Below, one piece after another: positions 16,388 through 24,203 of a stretch of 41,921 nucleotides of DNA; the stretch's first letter is position 1, and every line of letters begins with the position of its first letter. The stretch comes from Eubacteriales bacterium (GTDB lineage Bacteria > Bacillota > Clostridia > Oscillospirales > QAKW01), in NCBI GenBank assembly GCA_045659565.1, contig JAZOXD010000223.1:1-41921 (forward strand). The letters are read 5' to 3'. Below the pieces are notes generated by a model. That model did no database searches. It was not told the DNA's origin and saw only the letters and a list, made by a program, of their open reading frames with translations. The position numbers and the translations under genes were made by a program.

Positions 16388-17986
16388 ATGAAACTGCATT
16401 TTTTAGGTGCTGCCCATGAAGTCACCGGCTCCTGCACCCTGCTGGAAGCTGCCGGTAAAAAGATTTTGATCGATTGTGGAATGGAGCAGGGCGGCGATAT
16501 TTATGAAAATGCCGATCTGCCGGTATTGCCGGCGGAGGTGGATTTTGTGGTGCTTACCCATGCCCATATCGATCATTCCGGCAAGCTGCCGATGCTGGCG
16601 GCTCAGGGCTTCCGGGGCGAGATCTACGCCACCGGTGCCACCGCCAAACTTTGCGGTATTATGTTGCAGGATTCTGCCCATATCCAAGAGCAGGAGGCAG
16701 AATGGCGCAATCGGAAAGCGACCCGTTCCGGGATGGCTCCCTATGTGCCTCTTTATACTGTTGCCGATGCAATGCATACCTTGAATTTGTTTGTGCCCTG
16801 CAGTTATCATCAGGTGATAGAGCCCGTTGAAGGGATCAAACTCCGCTTTTTGGATGCAGGTCATCTGATGGGCTCTGCCAGTATTGAATTTTCCATCACC
16901 GAAAACGGCGAAACCAAGGTGCTGCTGTTTTCCGGTGATTTAGGCAATGTAACCCGCCCCCTGATCCGGGATCCTGAAAAGCCGGATTATGCCGATGCGG
17001 TGGTGATCGAATCCACCTATGGAACCCGCCTTCACGGGGAACGCAAGGATTATATTGGCCAGCTTACCGAGGTGCTGCAGGATACCTTTGACCGGGGCGG
17101 CAATGTGGTAATCCCCTCCTTTGCGGTGGGGCGTACCCAGGAATTTTTGTATCTTCTGCGGGAAATTAAGGAAAAAGGCCTGGTGAAAGGTCATCCCAAT
17201 TTTCCGGTGGTGGTGGATAGCCCCCTGGCGGTGGAAGCCACCAAAATTTATTTCAGCGATCTCACCGACTATTACGATGCGGAAATGCTGGATCTGATCC
17301 GGCGTGGGATTAATGTGCTGGAATTCCCGGGCCTGCAGGTTTCCGTCACCAGCCAGGAATCCATGGCGATCAACCAGGATAAACGCCCCAAGGTGATCCT
17401 TTCCGCCAGCGGAATGTGTGAAGCAGGGCGAATCCGCCATCATCTGAAGCATAACCTCTGGCGGGCGGATAGCACTGTTTTGTTTGTGGGCTACCAGGCC
17501 GAAGGTACTATGGGCCGCCAACTGCAAGATGGCAAGCCGGTGGTCAAACTGTTCGGCGAATCTATTCAAGTCAATGCCCGCATTGCCACAATGGATGGCA
17601 TCAGCGGTCACGCAGATCAGCAAATTATGCTGGATTGGCTGGCTAATCTGCAAAATACGCCCCAAGTATTCGTGAATCATGGCAACGATACCGTTTGCGA
17701 TGAATTTGCACAGGTCATCACCGCCCGGCTGGGCTATCCGGCCCAAGCCCCTTATAACGGCTCGATTTATGATCCGATCTCCGGTCAATGCCTGTCGGAA
17801 GGGAATAAAGAGCGGTTGGTTAAACCGGATGCTAAGGCCCGCCGTAGTCAAAGTGTCTTTGAACGGCTGTTGGCAGCCATTAAGCGCCTTGCCGGCGTTG
17901 CCGAAAAATGTAAGGGGCTGCCCAATAAAGAGGTGGCAAAATTTGCCGATCAGGTCAACCATTTGGCCGATAAATGGGAACAATGA
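16388..17986 (+). CDS. Metallo-beta-lactamase-fold beta-CASP family nuclease (RNA-metabolising type)
   Basis: 532 aa. LTHAHIDHSG (HxHxDH), ESTYG, GISGHADQ and VFVNHG motifs in beta-CASP order. 15 nt after the GlpP-like gene. Confidence 0.8.
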   Translation: MKLHFLGAAHEVTGSCTLLEAAGKKILIDCGMEQGGDIYENADLPVLPAEVDFVVLTHAHIDHSGKLPMLAAQGFRGEIYATGATAKLCGIMLQDSAHIQEQEAEWRNRKATRSGMAPYVPLYTVADAMHTLNLFVPCSYHQVIEPVEGIKLRFLDAGHLMGSASIEFSITENGETKVLLFSGDLGNVTRPLIRDPEKPDYADAVVIESTYGTRLHGERKDYIGQLTEVLQDTFDRGGNVVIPSFAVGRTQEFLYLLREIKEKGLVKGHPNFPVVVDSPLAVEATKIYFSDLTDYYDAEMLDLIRRGINVLEFPGLQVSVTSQESMAINQDKRPKVILSASGMCEAGRIRHHLKHNLWRADSTVLFVGYQAEGTMGRQLQDGKPVVKLFGESIQVNARIATMDGISGHADQQIMLDWLANLQNTPQVFVNHGNDTVCDEFAQVITARLGYPAQAPYNGSIYDPISGQCLSEGNKERLVKPDAKARRSQSVFERLLAAIKRLAGVAEKCKGLPNKEVAKFADQVNHLADKWEQ

Positions 17987-17988
17987 TT

Positions 17989-18018
17989 TAAAAGGAGGGA
18001 GCGTCTCCCTCCTTTTAA
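17989..18018 (+). terminator. Intrinsic terminator
   Basis: AAAAGGAGGGAG-cgt-CTCCCTCCTTTT: 12-bp perfect stem, T-tract partly inside the stem. Confidence 0.8.
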
Positions 18019-18103
18019 ATCAACTTAAAACTCTACGAATCAGAGAGTTTTGAGATGCATTATCTAAAATGTAGGTTTACACTGGAATCATTCTGTTGTA
18101 TGC

Positions 18104-19240
18104 TTGGATCAAGAGGTGATGAGCTTGAAAAACAAACTCAAAAATTTTGCACAAAACCTTCGTTATTACCGAAAAGAAGCCGGGCTCACCCAAGAGGAAC
18201 TGGGTGACCGTATCTCCTATAGCGATAAAGCCATCAGTAAATGGGAAACGGGCCGGGTCTTTCCCTCCACCGAAGCCTTGCTAAGGATTTCGGAAACCTT
18301 GAAGATTGATTTGGATACCCTGTTTATCCCCAGGGAAGAAATCTCTTATTATTTGGGTGTGGATGGGGGCGGTACCAAAACCAAATTTTTGCTGGCCGAT
18401 CAAAAGGGACAAATTTTGCAAGAAATCGTGCTGGGCCCCTGCAATGCGGTGAATATGGATCACTCTGCTATCCGTAAAGTGCTGGGAGAAGGTATCGAAG
18501 CCGTTTGCGGCCAAATTCCGCACAGTCAAATTGCCGCCTTTTTCGGCCTGGCGGGCATCACGTTTGCTTCCAAAGAAAAGGTGGAATCCATTTTCAAGGG
18601 TCTGGGCTTTGCCGCAATTGGCTGGGGTGCCGATGCAGAAAATACCATTTCTGCCGGGCTCAAGGGTCGAGAGGGGCTCATCGCCATTATGGGCACCGGA
18701 TCGGTGGTGTTTGCTTCACATCATGGTCAGCTGAAACGCTTTGGTGGCTATGGCCACCTTTTGGGGGACTATGCCAGCGGCTACGAGTTCGGAAAAGATG
18801 GGCTCTATGCTATTTTGAACGCCGAAAACGGCAGCGGTCCCCATACATTAATGAAGGATCTTTTTGAAAAACAGACCGGCTCCCGGATCAATGATGCCCT
18901 GATGGGTTTTTATGAAAAAGGCAAGCCTTATATTGCTTCTTTTGCGCTGCTGGTTTTTGAAGCCTGCCGGGCAGGGGATGCCATTGCTTTGCAAATTTTG
19001 CAAGAAAATGTCAACCGCTTTTCGGTTCACATTAAAGCCGCCTGTAAGCTTTTTGACCCTTCTAATCCGATCCCCCTGGTGTTCAGCGGCAGTATCACCG
19101 GGGCTATGGATCTGTTAAAGCCGTTGTTTGAAAAAGAACTGGCCGATTATAAGGTGCAGATGGAAATTTTAAAGGACGACCCCGCCTTGGGTGCGGTGCG
19201 TCTGGCAACTTTGTTAGGAGAATATAATCATGAGAACTGA
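18104..19240 (+). CDS. Fusion protein: XRE-type HTH DNA-binding domain plus BadF/BadG/BcrA/BcrD-type sugar kinase (GlcNAc/MurNAc kinase, MurK-like)
   Basis: N-terminus: LRYYRKEAGLTQEELGDRISYSDKAISKWETG (XRE HTH). From about residue 85: GVDGGGTKT, FGLAGI, IMGTGS and GGYGHLLGDYASGYEFG, the BadF/NAGK ATPase motifs. The start is ambiguous (TTG 18104 or ATG 18119). The 3' end overlaps murQ by 11 nt. Confidence 0.8.
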   Translation: MDQEVMSLKNKLKNFAQNLRYYRKEAGLTQEELGDRISYSDKAISKWETGRVFPSTEALLRISETLKIDLDTLFIPREEISYYLGVDGGGTKTKFLLADQKGQILQEIVLGPCNAVNMDHSAIRKVLGEGIEAVCGQIPHSQIAAFFGLAGITFASKEKVESIFKGLGFAAIGWGADAENTISAGLKGREGLIAIMGTGSVVFASHHGQLKRFGGYGHLLGDYASGYEFGKDGLYAILNAENGSGPHTLMKDLFEKQTGSRINDALMGFYEKGKPYIASFALLVFEACRAGDAIALQILQENVNRFSVHIKAACKLFDPSNPIPLVFSGSITGAMDLLKPLFEKELADYKVQMEILKDDPALGAVRLATLLGEYNHEN

Positions 19241-20033
19241 AGATCGTAATCCCAAATCCACTTATATTGATCGCGTCTCCACCGCCGAGATGGTGCAGAT
19301 TATGCAGGAAGCCAACCTGGAAGCCGCCCAAGCGGTGGATGCCGCTAAGGCAGAGGTAGCCTGCGCCATCGAAGCCACTGCGGAACGGATGAAAAAAGGC
19401 GGTCGTCTTTTTTACATCGGTTGCGGCACCTCGGGCCGTCTGGGGGTGGTGGATGCCTCCGAATGTCCCCCCACTTATGGGGTTCCCCATGAACTGGTCG
19501 TGGGGGTAATCGCCGGTGGTTACGAAGCTCTTCATCGGGCAGGGGAGGGCGCCGAGGATAATCGGGAAGCGGGAATCCATGATATTTCTGCCCATAACAT
19601 CACCTCCCTGGATACGGTTATGGGCATCTCCGTGGCGGGGAATGCCGCCTACGTAAAAGGGGCCCTGGACTACGCCAAAGAGCAAGGTGCCCTTGCCCTG
19701 GGCCTCACCTGTAATCGGGAAAGCCTGGTGGCCGCCACCGCAGATATCTGCGTGGTCACCGATACAGGCCCCGAAATTATAACGGGCTCCACCCGTATGA
19801 AGGCGGGCAGCGCCCATAAAATGGTGTTGAATATGCTCTCTACCGGGGTAATGATCAAATTGGGGCGGGTGTATGAAAATTATATGGTCTACGTGCAACC
19901 CACCAACGAAAAACTAAAAAAACGGGTTCTGCGCATCACTTCCGAATTGATGAACTGTACCACGGAAGAAGCAGAAAAAATGTTGGAACGCCATCGTTGG
20001 CAGATTCCGGAGGTGTTGAAAAATGAAAAGTGA
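19230..20033 (+). CDS. murQ: N-acetylmuramic acid 6-phosphate etherase
   Basis: 267 aa. SIS-domain etherase pattern: GGRLFYIGCGTSGRLGVVDASECPPTYG, STRMKAGSAHKMVLNMLST. SD AGGAGA. Confidence 0.9.
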   Translation: MRTEDRNPKSTYIDRVSTAEMVQIMQEANLEAAQAVDAAKAEVACAIEATAERMKKGGRLFYIGCGTSGRLGVVDASECPPTYGVPHELVVGVIAGGYEALHRAGEGAEDNREAGIHDISAHNITSLDTVMGISVAGNAAYVKGALDYAKEQGALALGLTCNRESLVAATADICVVTDTGPEIITGSTRMKAGSAHKMVLNMLSTGVMIKLGRVYENYMVYVQPTNEKLKKRVLRITSELMNCTTEEAEKMLERHRWQIPEVLKNEK

Positions 20034-21786
20034 AGTTCGTATGATTAATGGGGAGCCCCGCCTGTTCGTGAACGGGGAATGGGTTCCTGAATGTGCTTAT
20101 GTTACCTATTTTGATGAAAACAACCGTTACGATGATTTTGCCAAGGCAGGCTACCGCCTGTTCTCGGTGATTTTTTCCATGGCTTCCCGTCCGCTGAATA
20201 GTAAAACTGGCTTCTGCCCCTATCGGAAAGGAATTTTTGATGAAGAGGGAACGGCTGATTTTTCTATCATTGACCGGGCGGTGGAACGGGTTCTGACCGC
20301 TTGTCCCAACGCATTGATTTTTCCGCGCATACAGATTACAATGCCCCATTGGTGGTGCGACCGCTATCCCCAAGAAACGGTGACCTCCGAGGATGGGGAA
20401 CAGCGTGAATTACTTTATTCCACCCAATTCCGTAAGGACGGGGGAGAGATGCTGAAGGGGATCATTGCCCATATGCAGGCTGCTCCTTATGGAGAACAGA
20501 TCGTGGGGTACCAGCTGGCCGGTGGTTCTACGGAGGAATGGTTCCTGTTTGATAAAAAAGGGGGTTATTCTCCCCGGGGGCTGGAATATTTCAATTCCTG
20601 GCTCCAAAAGAACGGTGAAGCCCCTGCTGAAGCACTTCCTTCTCTGGAACCCTTGAAAACACCGGGTCCCATCCAAGACCCTACCTTACGTCGTTTCTTG
20701 GAATTCGCCAACGTGGAAACCGCCCGTAGCGTGGCTTATTTTTCACGCTTGGCCAAAACTGCCTGTAAAGGCGAACGGGTGGTGGGCTCTTTTTACGGAT
20801 ATACTCTGAGCAGTGCGTCCGGGCTTTTGGGTAATCTGGCGATTGAAGAGCTGTTGGGTCTGCCCGAATTGGATTTTTTGTGTACTCCTTGCTCCTATAT
20901 CAGCACCCGCTCCTTGGGGATCGATTGGTTCGATACTTATATCTCGGATTCCATCAAATTGCACGGAAAGCTTTGCTTTTTGGAATGCGATATTCGGACC
21001 TCACTTTCTAAATTTATTAACGATTACCGTCCGGGAGCCGATAAAAATAACAGTTATTACGGTGATATATGGAAAGGCCCCAAAACGATTCAGGGTTCGG
21101 TAGGAGCAATGCGTAAAGCCTTCGCTCACCAGCTTTCTCGCGGGAACAGTATGTGGTGGTTTGATATGTGGGGCGGATGGTATGCGCATCCCTCATATCT
21201 GCGGGAAATAAAAAAATGCCGTTCACTATATAAAAAATTGTTGAAGACACCCGCTCCTGATCAAACGGAATTGGCCGTATATGCAGACCCTGATCTTTAT
21301 CAATATATAACAGAAGCAACTGCCGCCCGGAAAAGTTATCGGGACCAGCTGAGCGCTTTGGGTAATTGTGGGGTTCCCTACCGTGTTTATCTTCTTTCCG
21401 ATTTCAAGGCAACGGCCAACCGTTATAAAGGGGCAATCTTCCTCTGCCCCGTATCCTCTTCGGCGCAAAAAGAAGCGATCGCTTATTGTGGAAAAAAAGG
21501 AATCCCTGCTCTGGTGGCTAGGATGGATCATTGGCGGGTCACAGCCGAAGAAATTCGCTCTTTTGCTGCGGCGAACGGCTTGTGGGTGTACAACGATTCC
21601 AACGACGTGCTTTATTTTGGAAACGGCTTGCTGGCGCTTCATGCTGCCACGGCGGGGGAAAAGCGGATTCGTTTGCCCAAGCAATGCAGGATCACAGATC
21701 CCTATACCCGTAAACCTTTTCAATATACCGATCAACTTGTTTTTTCAATGAAGCAATTTGAAACGCGAATCTTCCTTGTGGAATAA
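20023..21786 (+). CDS. Cytoplasmic protein of unknown function, possibly a TIM-barrel glycoside hydrolase (GH42-like N-terminal region)
   Basis: 587 aa, no signal peptide. SD GGAGGTG; overlaps the murQ stop by 11 nt. Only weak by-eye resemblance to GH42-like proteins (YQLAGGSTEEW, WWFDMWGGW). Family not confidently recognised. Confidence 0.35.
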   Translation: MKSEVRMINGEPRLFVNGEWVPECAYVTYFDENNRYDDFAKAGYRLFSVIFSMASRPLNSKTGFCPYRKGIFDEEGTADFSIIDRAVERVLTACPNALIFPRIQITMPHWWCDRYPQETVTSEDGEQRELLYSTQFRKDGGEMLKGIIAHMQAAPYGEQIVGYQLAGGSTEEWFLFDKKGGYSPRGLEYFNSWLQKNGEAPAEALPSLEPLKTPGPIQDPTLRRFLEFANVETARSVAYFSRLAKTACKGERVVGSFYGYTLSSASGLLGNLAIEELLGLPELDFLCTPCSYISTRSLGIDWFDTYISDSIKLHGKLCFLECDIRTSLSKFINDYRPGADKNNSYYGDIWKGPKTIQGSVGAMRKAFAHQLSRGNSMWWFDMWGGWYAHPSYLREIKKCRSLYKKLLKTPAPDQTELAVYADPDLYQYITEATAARKSYRDQLSALGNCGVPYRVYLLSDFKATANRYKGAIFLCPVSSSAQKEAIAYCGKKGIPALVARMDHWRVTAEEIRSFAAANGLWVYNDSNDVLYFGNGLLALHAATAGEKRIRLPKQCRITDPYTRKPFQYTDQLVFSMKQFETRIFLVE

Positions 21787-21792
21787 ATAAAA

Positions 21793-21834
21793 AGCTCCTT
21801 TCCTTAATATTATTTAAGGAAAGGAGCTGTTTTT
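21793..21834 (+). terminator. Strong intrinsic terminator whose 3' arm contains the SD of the next gene
   Basis: AGCTCCTTTCCTTAA-tattat-TTAAGGAAAGGAGCT: 15-bp perfect stem (21793-21807 / 21814-21828), followed by GTTTTT and then directly the ATG at 21835. Confidence 0.8.
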
Positions 21835-22434
21835 ATGGCAGAAGTCTATTTATCGCCCTCGCCTCGGCATTTTAATTTGGGCTATGGAACCTATGGCTCC
21901 GAGGAGGAGCGAATGAACCTGATCGCCGATGTGGTGGAGCTGGAACTGGCCCGCAACGGCCTTTCCACCAACCGTAATAATCCGGCTTATGATCTGCAAA
22001 CGGTGGTGGCGGATGCCAATGCGAAAAATACCGATGTTTATGTGGCCATTCGTTCCCAATCGGGCTTATCCTCCGATCGGGGCGCGGCGGTCTATTATTA
22101 TCGCCCCGGCACCGATAGCCAGCGGTTGGCAGAGGATATCTTCGGGTTTCTCTCGGCGGTTACCCCTACCGAAGATCGGGGCCTTTTTGAAGGGGCCGGT
22201 GCCTACGGGGGGCAGGGCTATTATGAATTGCGCCGCACCCGGATGCCGGCAGCCATCGTGGAAGTGGGCTTTCATAGTAACCCCCAGGATGCAGATTTTA
22301 TTGTTTCCAATGTCTATGAACTTGGGGTCGCCATCGCCCGTGGGATTCTGGCCTATTTCGGATTACCCTATACGCCGGATACTCCGGAGGAGGAAGCTCG
22401 CCTGAAAAATGAGTATAATGATGTATATTTATGA
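21835..22434 (+). CDS. N-acetylmuramoyl-L-alanine amidase family protein (Amidase_3-like, YLSPS subgroup)
   Basis: 199 aa. VYLSPSPRHFNLG...GSEEERMNLIAD...AAIVEVGFHSNPQDADFI matches the short cytoplasmic-type Amidase_3 pattern. No signal peptide. Confidence 0.7.
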   Translation: MAEVYLSPSPRHFNLGYGTYGSEEERMNLIADVVELELARNGLSTNRNNPAYDLQTVVADANAKNTDVYVAIRSQSGLSSDRGAAVYYYRPGTDSQRLAEDIFGFLSAVTPTEDRGLFEGAGAYGGQGYYELRRTRMPAAIVEVGFHSNPQDADFIVSNVYELGVAIARGILAYFGLPYTPDTPEEEARLKNEYNDVYL

Positions 22435-22547
22435 ATATTATTCACCACATACCTGCATATTTTCAAATCCACTCCCGCTAAAAATCCGCACAAAACCTGC
22501 AATTTCCTTGAAAATACAAAAAATATAAAAAAATTTTAATTTTATGC

Positions 22548-22576
22548 TTGACAACGCGAATATTATGCATTATAAT
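22548..22576 (+). promoter_or_regulatory. Consensus sigma-A promoter with upstream A/T-rich UP-like tract
   Basis: TTGACA (22548-22553), 17 nt, TATAAT (22571-22576). Preceded by AAAAAATATAAAAAAATTTTAATTTTA. 42 nt before the ATG of the binding-protein gene. Confidence 0.7.
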
Positions 22577-22618
22577 ACAACCATAATTTCCAAAATTAAA
22601 GAAAAGAGGAATAAAATC

Positions 22619-23386
22619 ATGAAATTCACAAAGATTCTGTGCCTGGTAATGGCAATGTTGTTGGCGGTAACCTGCCTGGCCGGTTGCGGCGCCAAGAAAA
22701 ATGACGATCAGTTGGTAATGGCTACCAACGCCGCTTTCCCTCCCTATGAATATATGGAAGGTGAAGAGTTCAAGGGTATTGATATCGATATGGCCAAGGC
22801 TTTGGCTGAAAAGTTGGGCAAAGAACTGGTGATCGAAAACGTTGAATTCGGCTCCATCGTAACCGGTGTTCAGTCCGGCAAGTATGATGTGGGCATTGCC
22901 GGTATGACCGTTACCGACGAACGGAAAGAAAGTGTAAACTTCTCCGATTCCTATGCTACCGGTGTTCAGGTTGTTATCGTGAAGGAAGATGGCGATATCC
23001 AGACCCTGGATGATCTGGCCGGTGATGATGTTATGATCGGCGTTCAGCAGGATACCACCGGTCATATTTATGCCGGCGATACCGTTGAAAACGGTGGTTA
23101 TGGCGAAGATCACGTTACTGCTTATCTGGCAGGTGCCGATGCTGTAAACGCTCTGGTTACCGGCAAGGTAAACGCTGTTATTATCGATAACGAGCCCGCC
23201 AAGAGCTTTGTGGCTGCTAACAAAGGCCTGAAGATCCTGCCCGCCGAATGGGTGGTTGAGGATTATGCCATCGCTGTTAATAAGGAAGATACTCAACTGC
23301 TGGAAGACATCAACAAGGCCCTGGCTGAAATGAAGGCCGATGGTTCTCTGCAGAAGATCATCAATACTTATATTCCCGCTGAATAA
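22619..23386 (+). CDS. Polar amino-acid ABC transporter substrate-binding lipoprotein
   Basis: 255 aa from MKFTKIL. Lipobox LAGC. Family-3 SBP pattern (ATNAAFPPYEY, GIDIDMAKALA, FSDSY). Expression-type codon bias. Confidence 0.85.
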   Translation: MKFTKILCLVMAMLLAVTCLAGCGAKKNDDQLVMATNAAFPPYEYMEGEEFKGIDIDMAKALAEKLGKELVIENVEFGSIVTGVQSGKYDVGIAGMTVTDERKESVNFSDSYATGVQVVIVKEDGDIQTLDDLAGDDVMIGVQQDTTGHIYAGDTVENGGYGEDHVTAYLAGADAVNALVTGKVNAVIIDNEPAKSFVAANKGLKILPAEWVVEDYAIAVNKEDTQLLEDINKALAEMKADGSLQKIINTYIPAE

Positions 23387-23401
23387 GAAATATTAAAATC
23401 G

Positions 23402-23433
23402 AAACGGGGGCTACCCATAGCCCCCGTTTTTTT
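23402..23433 (+). terminator. Intra-operon hairpin/terminator between the binding-protein and permease genes
   Basis: AAACGGGGGCT-acccat-AGCCCCCGTTT, followed by TTTTT. Confidence 0.7.
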
Positions 23434-23453
23434 CGCTGGAAAGGAATGTTAAA

Positions 23454-24203
23454 GTGAAAAAGCTTTTGGAATGGTTCATGGGAACAGATTTTTATCACGA
23501 TTTCCATTTGAACTTTATCGCCAGTAATCGCTGGCAATCTTTGCTGAAGGGCCTGGGCGCCACCTTAAAGATCACCTTTTTTGCCCTGCTGATCGGCTTG
23601 GTGATCGGTGTGGTGATCGCCGCCGTTCGCTCTACCTATGATAAAAATAAAGAAACCATGGCTAAAAAAGGCGGCTTGAGTTGGGTACTGATGCAAATCG
23701 CAAATGCCATCTGTAATTTGTATCTCACTGTGATCCGTGGAACCCCTGTGGTGGTGCAGTTGATGATCTTCTATTTTGTCATCTTCGCTTTTTCCCGCAA
23801 CGGGATTATGATCGCCATCATCGCCTTTGGTTGTAACTCCGGCGCCTATGTGGCCGAAATTTTCCGTAGCGGTATCGTTTCGGTGGATAACGGCCAGTTT
23901 GAAGCGGGCCGTTCTCTGGGCTTCAGCTATATCCAAACGATGATCCATATCATCATTCCCCAGGCCTTTAAGAATGTGCTGCCCACCCTGTGTAATGAAT
24001 TCATCGTTTTGTTGAAAGAAACTTCCGTAGCCGGCTATGTGGGTGTGGTCGATCTGACTAAAGCGGGTGATATTATCCGTGGCCGTACCTTCTCGGCCTT
24101 TATGCCCTTGATCGCTGTGGCGTTGATTTATCTGGTGCTGGTGATCATCCTTACCGCCTTGGTGCGGAAGCTGGAAAGGAGGCTGCAAAAGAGTGAGCGA
24201 TAA
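23454..24203 (+). CDS. Polar amino-acid ABC transporter permease (His/Glu/Gln/Arg/opine family)
   Basis: 249 aa, GTG start behind AAAGGAA. Polytopic; EAA-like loop ([29 protein letters not shown]). Confidence 0.85.
   Translation: MKKLLEWFMGTDFYHDFHLNFIASNRWQSLLKGLGATLKITFFALLIGLVIGVVIAAVRSTYDKNKETMAKKGGLSWVLMQIANAICNLYLTVIRGTPVVVQLMIFYFVIFAFSRNGIMIAIIAFGCNSGAYVAEIFRSGIVSVDNGQFEAGRSLGFSYIQTMIHIIIPQAFKNVLPTLCNEFIVLLKETSVAGYVGVVDLTKAGDIIRGRTFSAFMPLIAVALIYLVLVIILTALVRKLERRLQKSER

Noticed and set aside
16940-17983. 347-aa ORF antisense to the beta-CASP nuclease gene. Similar long antisense ORFs occur at 13156-14010, 19104-19898, 22478-23296, 23565-24209, 28906-29910, 32272-33105, 36867-38021 and 38011-39018.
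   Set aside because: All lie opposite genes with clear family motifs. They have Gly/Ile/His/Arg-rich, unfamiliar translations and lack ribosome-binding sites. They are the stop-poor antisense frames typical of moderately GC-rich coding DNA.
18028-18052. Second hairpin (AAAACTCT-n9-AGAGTTTT) after the beta-CASP terminator
   Set aside because: The stem is short and AT-rich with a 9-nt loop, and there is no independent U-tract. It is not convincing as a terminator or riboswitch element, and no conserved leader structure was recognised upstream of the HTH-kinase gene.
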